From Candidatus Hadarchaeota archaeon (GTDB lineage: Archaea > Hadarchaeota > Hadarchaeia > Hadarchaeales > Hadarchaeaceae), in contig CAZETV010000001.1 in the NCBI GenBank assembly GCA_964514965.1, positions 540,788 through 572,787 on the forward strand: a stretch of DNA of 32,000 nt. The letters are read 5' to 3'. Positions 25,537 to 32,000 of the stretch are shown here, in pieces; position 1 is the stretch's first letter, and every line of letters begins with the position of its first letter. The translations under genes were made by a program, and so were the position numbers. Under the pieces are notes generated by a model, which was not told where the DNA came from, did not search any database, and was given only the letters and a program-made list of their open reading frames with translations.

Positions 25537-26244
25537 TTGGTCGAAGAGTGGAAGCGTGCAGCGGCCGAGGCGGCGGCGAAGCTTGTAAAGGGACACATGT
25601 TCGTTGGCCTAGGCTCGGGCACGACGGTCGCGCTGGTTGTTCGGGCCCTAGCGAAGTTGAGGCCCAAGGCGGTCTTCATCCCGAGTTCCTTCTCCACCCA
25701 GAGGCTTGCGAACGAGTTGGGATTAAAACTAAGTTCACTCGATGTCCACGAAAAACTCGATCTAATGATTGATGGAGCCGATGAAGTCGACCCGAATTTC
25801 AACCTGATCAAAGGAGGAGGTGGAGCTCACACCCGCGAGAAAATCGTTGCGAGCGCGGGACAAAAAGTTGTCATCGTTGCGGACCGGACAAAATTGGTCA
25901 GACGCTTGGGTGAGCGCATGTCCGTGCCGGTCGAGGTTTTGCCCTTCTCGCGCGAGTACACGATGAAACATCTGGCGAAGCTCGGCGGAGAACCTAAGCT
26001 GAGGATGACTCCGGCTGGAACACCTTTTGTGACCGATAACGGCAACTACATCGTGGACGTGAAGTTCGCGCGGATAGCTAAACCAGCTCAGCTCGAGGCG
26101 GCGATCAATCGCGTGCCGGGTGTTGTTGAAAACGGGATTTTTGTGGACGTCGCAGACCTGGTGCTAGTTGGATATGAAAGAGGCTGCGCAAAACTGCGAT
26201 CGAAGAAAGATTTTCTGAAGTTTGTGCAAAGCGTCAAAGCTTAA
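25537..26244 (+). CDS. rpiA: Ribose-5-phosphate isomerase A
   Basis: VGLGSGTTVA, DGADEVD, IKGGGGAHTREKIVA. TTG start with a TATA-like tatttaaaaa ~35 nt upstream. Confidence 0.9.
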   Translation: MVEEWKRAAAEAAAKLVKGHMFVGLGSGTTVALVVRALAKLRPKAVFIPSSFSTQRLANELGLKLSSLDVHEKLDLMIDGADEVDPNFNLIKGGGGAHTREKIVASAGQKVVIVADRTKLVRRLGERMSVPVEVLPFSREYTMKHLAKLGGEPKLRMTPAGTPFVTDNGNYIVDVKFARIAKPAQLEAAINRVPGVVENGIFVDVADLVLVGYERGCAKLRSKKDFLKFVQSVKA

Positions 26245-26269
26245 GAATTTGAGACATGAATTGATTAGT

Positions 26270-26388
26270 GCCGGAGTAGCTCAAGCGGTCCGAGCGCGAG
26301 ACTCATAACCTTACTAGCGGTTGTGAGTGCTGATTTACGAGATGATGTGAGAAATCTCGAGGTCGGGGTTCGACTCCCCGCTCCGGCA
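26270..26388 (+). tRNA. tRNA with CAT anticodon (elongator Met or Ile2) carrying a 46-nt intron at 37/38
   Basis: GCCGGAG TA GCTC AAGCGGTCC GAGC G CGAGA CTCATA[46 nt]A TCTCG AGGT CGGGG TTCGACT CCCCG CTCCGGC A. It is not initiator-like: G1:C72 and no GGG/CCC anticodon stem. CCA is not encoded. Confidence 0.85.
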
Positions 26389-26480
26389 TCAATCCAGTAA
26401 AAACTTTCAGACCTCCATCAAGGATTGACGGCACTAAATAATTTATATAGGGTTGGCTCCAAGTTTGCGGAGGTGATAGT

Positions 26481-27158
26481 TTGCTGAAAACACCAATCGT
26501 AATCGTGAACTTCAAAACCTACCCTCAATCGGTGGGCGAGCGAGCTGTGGAACTTGCCAAGGCAATCGCCGAGGTGGCCGAGGAGGAGGGGATAAGCGTC
26601 GCGGTTGCCCCTCAGAACCTCGATCTTTATCGGGTCGCGAGTCAGGTCGACATACCAGTTCTCGCGCAGCACGTTGACTCCATTGCCCCGGGTGCCCGCA
26701 CGGGATGGTTGCTAGCAGAGACGGTGAAGGCGACAGGGGCTATTGGCTCGTTGATCAATCACTCGGAGCACCAGATTCAGTCCGAGGAAATCGAGAAGGT
26801 GGTAAAGCGTCTGCGAGAAGTAGAGTTAACGAGCGTGGTTTGTGCGAAGGACCCGGAGGTCTGTAAGAAGGTCGCGGCATTCAAACCAGATATGGTCGCG
26901 GTCGAGCCTCCAGAACTGATAGGGACAGGTCAACCGGTGTCAAAAGTCAAGCCCGAGGTAGTGAGCGACGCGGTAAAATTAGTACACGAGGTCAACCCTG
27001 ATGTCCGAGTGCTCTGCGGAGCGGGGATAACAAGCGGCGAAGACACGCAAATCGCGCTGGAGCTGGGTGCCGAGGGCGTGCTACTTGCCTCGAGCGTTGT
27101 GAAGGCTGCCGACCCACGAGCGGCGATGTTGGACGTCGCGAAGGGAATAACTAAGTGA
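26481..27158 (+). CDS. tpiA: Triosephosphate isomerase (archaeal type)
   Basis: IVIVNFKTY, LINHSEH, AVEPPELIGTG, 225 aa. TTG start 4 nt after GGAGGTGA. Confidence 0.9.
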   Translation: MLKTPIVIVNFKTYPQSVGERAVELAKAIAEVAEEEGISVAVAPQNLDLYRVASQVDIPVLAQHVDSIAPGARTGWLLAETVKATGAIGSLINHSEHQIQSEEIEKVVKRLREVELTSVVCAKDPEVCKKVAAFKPDMVAVEPPELIGTGQPVSKVKPEVVSDAVKLVHEVNPDVRVLCGAGITSGEDTQIALELGAEGVLLASSVVKAADPRAAMLDVAKGITK

Positions 27159-27251
27159 AACGAAATTAGGTAGTAGCGTGAGGGCGTTCTCGCAAACAAA
27201 GATAATTTTCTTCTCTACAGCATTTGCGTTCGTGACTTTAGAATTGGAAAA

Positions 27252-27878
27252 TCAGCTCTTCCCCGCCAATACTTTGAGAACATCGACGGGCTTTCCTTTG
27301 AGCTTCGTTTCTAGCTCCAACAGAAATCGGTCAGCGGGATCCCCCCCGAGTTGCCAGAGGTCGACGTAGATTTGAGCAAGCGTAGCCGCACCGTTCTTGT
27401 TCGTCTGCGCTAAATGTGGGTCCGGACTCAACACAAAAACGTTTTTTCGTTCAGCGGGACTTTCTGGGAACCTTCGTCGCACCTCATCGGGATTGGCGTA
27501 AACGAATATCTCTTCGTAATGGGTTGGGGTTCCCCTAAATCTCCGCCGGTAGCCGGAAAATGCCGTGAAGACAGCACCGCGGGGCATCCCATCCTCGATC
27601 TTGGAAACCGAATTGGGTGAGTAAGTCGAGTAGGAGATATCGCCGGCAAGGTTGCGAGTGCAGGCCCAGTAGGTGAGAACCTTCTCCGGATTCACCACTC
27701 TGAACCCGAGGGGCTTCTTCTTGATCGTGTGGAACTGGTTGAGCTTGGTCACCACGCGGTTCACTGTATCCATTGACAGCTCACACGCCTGCGCAAGCGA
27801 TTTCTGACTCATAAAGAGCTCATTCTGCTCATAGACTCGGTAAAGAATCTCTCGCAGAACACGATTAATTTTCTTCAC
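27252..27878 (-). CDS. HTH-domain protein, possibly AbiEi-like regulator
   Basis: N-terminal HTH pattern LREILYRVYEQNELFMSQKSLAQACELSMDTVNRVVTKL. The C-terminal LAQIYVDLWQLGG..ADRF resembles the AbiEi C-terminal region (weak). The start is taken at GTG 27878; the track N-terminus (to 27995) runs through AT-rich promoter-like DNA. Confidence 0.5.
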   Translation of the reverse strand: MKKINRVLREILYRVYEQNELFMSQKSLAQACELSMDTVNRVVTKLNQFHTIKKKPLGFRVVNPEKVLTYWACTRNLAGDISYSTYSPNSVSKIEDGMPRGAVFTAFSGYRRRFRGTPTHYEEIFVYANPDEVRRRFPESPAERKNVFVLSPDPHLAQTNKNGAATLAQIYVDLWQLGGDPADRFLLELETKLKGKPVDVLKVLAGKS

Positions 27879-28051
27879 GTATCTACCGATGTATAACCCT
27901 CTTATTAACGTAACGAATACCCAACAAACGCTGAACTTTCTTATCAATGTTTCGTGGAAAACCGATATATTTATATCTAAAAATTTCATAATCATAGTAG
28001 TAGCAAAATTAGCAAAGCTATTTATGCACGTTTTTCAAGAAAACTATCCGT

Positions 28052-28777
28052 ATGAAGTGTCCTCGATGTGGATATGAGTGGGAGTCGAAGATCCCAAAAC
28101 CAAAGGAATGCCCGCGGTGTAAAGGGAGATTGGATTATCAATACGCGGGGGCACCCAGAATTAAAATGGAAAAAAAGGAGGTGAGAAAAGAGATGACCAG
28201 TAAACTTCCTTGGGTAGCAGCAGCAACCATCATAGTGATAGTAGTAGGACTAGGGGCATGGACGCTTTTGGGACAAGCACCCGCAGGAACCGCCACCATA
28301 ACGGGAATTGCAGGAACAGGAACTGTCTTCGCTGCCAGTATACCACTCGACACCGCCTCGGGAATAGAGAACGTGTACATAATACAGCATGGCAACTACA
28401 ATGAAAATGACAACTTATGCGGGAATGAGAATATTCTTGGTGTCATCACAGCCACTTTGGGATCTGTGAACATCGCTTATGAGACGTCCTTCGACATCGT
28501 CGTCGCCGTAAAATCGGGATCTGACAACATGGCCTACGTCACGATAGACAACATGAAAGTGGGATTAGCTATCACCGGATCGTTTACCCAAACTGACGAA
28601 AACGCTCCCGGTACCTATTCTCACATGGCCCCAGTACCGTACGAAAACAGCAACTACGGCACGACTTCTGGCTGGCTCCGCATAAACGCAGTGTGGGACA
28701 ACAATAACAACGGTTACAAGCTACCAGCCAACGGGACTCTTACCCTAGAAAACATAAACCTGTGGGGCTGGAAGTAG
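28052..28777 (+). CDS. Membrane-anchored protein: N-terminal zinc ribbon, one TM segment, extracytoplasmic domain of unknown fold
   Basis: CPRCGYEW...CPRCKG, then the TM segment LPWVAAATIIVIVVGLGAWTLL, then an N/G/T-rich ~170-aa domain. Confidence 0.65.
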   Translation: MKCPRCGYEWESKIPKPKECPRCKGRLDYQYAGAPRIKMEKKEVRKEMTSKLPWVAAATIIVIVVGLGAWTLLGQAPAGTATITGIAGTGTVFAASIPLDTASGIENVYIIQHGNYNENDNLCGNENILGVITATLGSVNIAYETSFDIVVAVKSGSDNMAYVTIDNMKVGLAITGSFTQTDENAPGTYSHMAPVPYENSNYGTTSGWLRINAVWDNNNNGYKLPANGTLTLENINLWGWK

Positions 28778-28797
28778 AGACCTAGCTCCTAAGCCCC

Positions 28798-28811
28798 TTT
28801 TTTTATTTTTT
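28798..28811 (+). terminator. Oligo-T archaeal terminator-like run
   Basis: ccccTTTTTTTATTTTTTc, about 20 nt after the stop at 28777. Confidence 0.4.
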
Positions 28812-28919
28812 CTGATTTAGCGCTAGCTATAGATCAAACACGAAAAGAAAGATCCCGATGCGAAGTAAATAACTTATATCTCTCGAGTAATTACCTACTT
28901 AGTTGAAAGGTGAAACGTG

Positions 28920-29402
28920 ATGGACAAGAAGACGACGACAATCTTCGCGCTTCTCGTTCTGGTTACGGTCACTGGAGTCGGGTGGCTCAGCTCTGAGTTG
29001 AGGTCTGAACGAGCGCGTCCTCTCCCCGGAGGGATAGAGAATTGGACCGAGCTATTTCATGGATATGAGGCCTACCTCGATCAAAACATCTATTACTCCA
29101 CCGTTAGCGGAACCAGCATGGAGCCAACTTTCGGGGAAAACGACAAGGTCCTCTGGGTAGAAGTCGACCCGTCAGAGCTCAAAGTTGGCGATATTATTGT
29201 TTATGATCACCCGACTAAACCAGCGGAGGGAACCATCGTTCACAGGATAATCAAAATAATGAAAAATGGAGAATATCGATTTGAAACCAAAGGAGACAAT
29301 CGATCGGAATCGGACGCGGAAACTGCCATCAGCGCTTATTATGTATCGGAGAACGACCTCAAGGGCCTCGTGATCGGCGTGATATACTCCTATAACCCTT
29401 AG
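28920..29402 (+). CDS. Signal peptidase I (S26, archaeal/Sec11-SipW type)
   Basis: N-terminal TM segment; SGTSMEPTF (catalytic Ser box), GDIIVY, VHRII, KGDNRSESD. ATG at 28920 lies 7 nt after AAAGGTGA. Confidence 0.8.
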   Translation: MDKKTTTIFALLVLVTVTGVGWLSSELRSERARPLPGGIENWTELFHGYEAYLDQNIYYSTVSGTSMEPTFGENDKVLWVEVDPSELKVGDIIVYDHPTKPAEGTIVHRIIKIMKNGEYRFETKGDNRSESDAETAISAYYVSENDLKGLVIGVIYSYNP

Positions 29403-29882
29403 AATCACGGATTATCAGTGCAAACACGCGCGATATCCGTGAAATCTGCACAAAGGATAACTGCCCTTCTCAATCTTATTCTGTAACTTGTAATAACGCC
29501 AAACCTTTCTTTAACCCAATCCATTTTACACACTCACTCTTCCCAACCGGCTCAATTCACCATTTGCGCTTATGCAGGGCCGCTATCTTCTCTTCGCCTT
29601 TGTGCCCCATTATCGATTCAGTACCAAAGAGGGAGATAATCTACAGAAAACAAACAGGCCCACCTGCTAGAGAACTCGACCTAACTTTCGTCGCCTCTAA
29701 TAGCTGATGTCGTTCTTTGATTATTTTCGTTTATTGTTGGATAAGTCCATTTTTTTATATATCTCGAAAAAATCCGAAATCGGTTTAGTCTAAACAATTT
29801 TGCAAGTTATTTTTAAAGGTTTCGATAAAAGCCGTAACGGCTAGATTATATTTCCAACCTTAAATATGCCAAAAATTACATT

Positions 29883-29997
29883 AAAAGTGCTGTAAAATGG
29901 CCTAAAAATAGGTAAAAAAAGTGGCATGTAAAAAAAGATAATAATCATGAAAAAATGTCAAAAAGTTGAAAAAAATGGTAAAAAAGGATACAAAAAA
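29883..29997. promoter_or_regulatory. Helically phased A-tract array (intrinsic bend candidate)
   Basis: A4-A7 tracts start at 29883, 29894, 29904, 29914, 29930, 29950, 29960, 29969, 29980 and 29992. Spacings are 11, 10, 10, 16, 20, 10, 9, 11 and 12 nt. Confidence 0.45.
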
Positions 29998-30331
29998 TTT
30001 GCGGCGACCTCCCAAGGAAATGCCTATCCAAACCGTAGGGAGGGTGCTCCTTTCCAATGGTAAGGTCAGCCAGACTGACCTATACCTAGCCACGGGATTC
30101 CCTTCTTGGAAAATTTCGCGGTTATCAAGGCGATTGGAGATTTTGGGATTCATCGATGTCGAGAATGAGCCTCGTTTCACCCGGGGCCGCCCCAGAAAGT
30201 TCTGCAGGCTCACATCGAGCGGAATCGAGTACTTCACAGACATGCTGAGGAAGGCCGGTAACGGGGGAAATGCTGGAAATCACGACCCCATACAATCCGT
30301 CGCTAAGGAGGATGAGCTCTGTGGACAGTAA
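29975..30331 (+). CDS. Winged-helix (MarR/TrmB-like) DNA-binding protein
   Basis: GKVSQTDLYLATGFPSWKISRLSRRLEILGFIDVENEPRFTRGRPRKFCRLTSSGIEYF. The start is ambiguous (TTG 29966, ATG 29975 or ATG 30019). The 3' end overlaps the next gene by 11 nt. Confidence 0.55.
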   Translation: MVKKDTKNLRRPPKEMPIQTVGRVLLSNGKVSQTDLYLATGFPSWKISRLSRRLEILGFIDVENEPRFTRGRPRKFCRLTSSGIEYFTDMLRKAGNGGNAGNHDPIQSVAKEDELCGQ

Positions 30332-32000
30332 GCGAGGGACTGGACGAAGCCGATTAGGGCAGAGGGTTGGCTCGTTAGCTATGCCTGTTCTACTCGTGCT
30401 GTTCTTGCTCAACGCACCCGCAGCGGCCGCGATTGCCAGCACGCAAGACGCTGGATCTCAACCTGCAGAAAATCAACCAACGGACAACCAAATATCTGAT
30501 AATTATTCCCTCATTGAGACTTGGACTGGGGACGTTCAAACCTTAGCTGCGTGGCAACTCGTCGAGACGTGGACTGGGGTCATGTCCAAAAATCAATCTC
30601 CCGATAACCAGACGACCGAGAACCAAATCGTGCCTGAAAATCAGAGCATCGATAATCAAGTTGCCATTGGGGTAACGTTAGATAGACAACTATCCGGAGA
30701 TCGGGTCGGTCAGCACAAGACGCCACCGCTCTCCTCCGTGAACGTGACTATCACCGCGACCGTTTCAAGTCAGGTGGAAAACGCGGTTCTGGTTGATTAT
30801 TTCCCGAGCGATTGGACCGTGACCGACGCGAATGGAGGGACAGTCAACCTCAACACGATAGAGTGGAGCGTTGGCTCGGTCAGCGATTCCGTTTCTAGAT
30901 CATATGTGATCATGTCCCCACAACTAACGTCACCACCGACTAAGTATTACTTCCACTCCGAGCTGGCCTACCAAGGAGAGAGCGGGGTCAGCGATGACTG
31001 GCGGGTTATTGTTGCAGATCCTCCAGATATTGAAACAATAAGGCCAACGGATGCTTTTATTTCTCCAAATAAGTGGACTACACCAGCAAATGGCTATGAT
31101 GGCAATACTGGAACCAGCACTTTTTACTCCGACATAAACAAAACTCCCTCTATTTCTTTTGGTGGCGCCTCAGCCGGAGAGACTACGAATGCTTGGCAAA
31201 CCAAGTCCCAAACTTGGACAGCAGCCACTTGTTATATATGGTTTTCTAAAACATCAGGCACGAATGACACAGTTGAGGTTTTAGTCACTGACCAAAATGG
31301 TAACCTAAAACATACAATAGTTGCTTCTACTACAGGAGCAGTCACCAAACAAGAATTTAGTGTAGTATTGAATTCAGCGGATTGGGGAGGTTCTGGATTT
31401 CCCAATATTGCTAATCTAAGAGTTAGAGTTAATGGAACAACGCAGGCCAGTCCTGATGGGGCAATCGCTTATGTGTATGATGTCCGGATTGATGGGACTT
31501 ATACCCCCTCTACAGCATGGCAAGCAATCGAAACATGGACAGGAACAGTTAGCGCTCCTGCCACATGGCAGACGATTGAAACCTGGACAGGAATCATCAG
31601 CGCCCCAGTCACATGGCAGGTAATCGAGACTTGGACAGGAACCGCCAACTCTCCCGCCGCGTGGCAATCGATTGAAACCTGGACCGGCACAGTTTCAGCA
31701 CCCGTAGCATGGCAACTAATCGAAACATGGACAGGAACAATCCAAGCTCCAGCAGCATGGCAATTGATTGAAACCTGGACCGGAACCATCAACTCTCCAG
31801 CCCAATGGCAGCTCATCGAAACATGGACAGGAACGATCAATGCCCCAGCAGCATGGCAAGCAATCGAGACTTGGACAGGAACAGTTAGCGCTCCTGCCAC
31901 ATGGCAGACGATTGAAACCTGGACAGGAATCATCAGCGCCCCAGTCACATGGCAGGTAATCGAGACTTGGACAGGAACCGCCAACTCTCCCGCCGCGTGG
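30321..32000 (+). CDS. Secreted/surface repeat protein, 3'-partial (absent from the ORF track because it has no stop in the window)
   Basis: My translation in the frame of nt 30321 is open through to 32000. GTG 30321 lies 9 nt after GGAGG (alternatives: ATG 30312 or 30381). Signal-peptide-like KRGTGRSRLGQR-VGSLAMPVLLVLFLL-NAPAAAAIAS. A DUF11/CARDB-like beta-sandwich pattern is present (VTITATVSSQVENAVLVDYFPSDWTVTDANGG), followed by 16-aa tandem repeats. Confidence 0.75.
   Translation, partial: MDSKRGTGRSRLGQRVGSLAMPVLLVLFLLNAPAAAAIASTQDAGSQPAENQPTDNQISDNYSLIETWTGDVQTLAAWQLVETWTGVMSKNQSPDNQTTENQIVPENQSIDNQVAIGVTLDRQLSGDRVGQHKTPPLSSVNVTITATVSSQVENAVLVDYFPSDWTVTDANGGTVNLNTIEWSVGSVSDSVSRSYVIMSPQLTSPPTKYYFHSELAYQGESGVSDDWRVIVADPPDIETIRPTDAFISPNKWTTPANGYDGNTGTSTFYSDINKTPSISFGGASAGETTNAWQTKSQTWTAATCYIWFSKTSGTNDTVEVLVTDQNGNLKHTIVASTTGAVTKQEFSVVLNSADWGGSGFPNIANLRVRVNGTTQASPDGAIAYVYDVRIDGTYTPSTAWQAIETWTGTVSAPATWQTIETWTGIISAPVTWQVIETWTGTANSPAAWQSIETWTGTVSAPVAWQLIETWTGTIQAPAAWQLIETWTGTINSPAQWQLIETWTGTINAPAAWQAIETWTGTVSAPATWQTIETWTGIISAPVTWQVIETWTGTANSPAAW
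31518..32000 (+). repeat. 48-bp in-frame tandem repeat (WQxIETWTGTxxAPxx), at least 10 units, with 336-bp higher-order periodicity
   Basis: Units start at 31518 + 48n. Units 8-10 (31854-31997) repeat units 1-3, with only two synonymous differences (gaa aca versus gag act). The array runs off the window end. Confidence 0.9.

Noticed and set aside
27252-27995. AbiEi/AbiEii toxin-antitoxin system.
   Set aside because: Only a weak AbiEi-like resemblance in one protein, and no nucleotidyltransferase (AbiEii) gene is adjacent. It is kept as a generic HTH protein.
29405-29442. 8-bp inverted repeat (tcacggat...atccgtga) right after the signal peptidase stop, as an intrinsic terminator.
   Set aside because: 22-nt loop and no following T-run. 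Archaeal termination relies mainly on oligo-T, so support is weak.
31499-31984. 161-aa minus-strand ORF with its own repeat (VPVQVSIxCH...), and the possibility that the 48-bp repeats are a CRISPR array.
   Set aside because: The repeats are contiguous with no unique spacers. They are in frame with a signal-peptide-bearing plus-strand ORF open from 30321. The minus-strand ORF is the mirror image of that repeat.

Overview
Archaeal chromosomal fragment. Support: two intron-containing tRNAs, archaeal-type TpiA, Mre11/Rad50 with a zinc hook, an archaeal-type signal peptidase, GGAGG-like Shine-Dalgarno sites, and many TTG/GTG starts. The left ~11.5 kb looks like a compositionally mosaic defence island. 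It holds (i) a 5'-truncated pAgo that appears to lack catalytic residues; (ii) a GC-rich, hairpin-rich intergenic element with a duplicated module; (iii) a transglutaminase-like and a PrsW-like membrane protein; (iv) an AT-rich ASCH/PUA-like gene bracketed by a ~28-30 nt direct repeat; (v) an Eco57I-like type IIG restriction-modification operon (small wHTH, nuclease-methyltransferase fusion, separate methyltransferase); (vi) an AT-rich two-gene module coupling an Rx4H HEPN protein to a rhomboid protease. I consider (vi) the best candidate for an undescribed system, with the pAgo neighbourhood second. Next comes a co-directional unknown-mre11-rad50-small ORF cluster, then an ArsR/ABC-2 transporter operon flanked by degenerate tRNA-3'-end-like direct repeats. 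Housekeeping and accessory genes follow: tautomerase, MFS, DUF169, tRNA-Gly with two introns, four tandem CBS-domain paralogs, rpiA, tRNA-Met/Ile2 with a 46-nt intron, tpiA. The right end is a cell-envelope cluster: Zn-ribbon membrane protein, signal peptidase I, wHTH, and a 3'-truncated secreted protein ending in near-identical 48-bp (16-aa WQxIETWTGT) tandem repeats. No CRISPR array, integrase or transposase was seen. All functional calls rest on motif recognition by eye, not on database searches.
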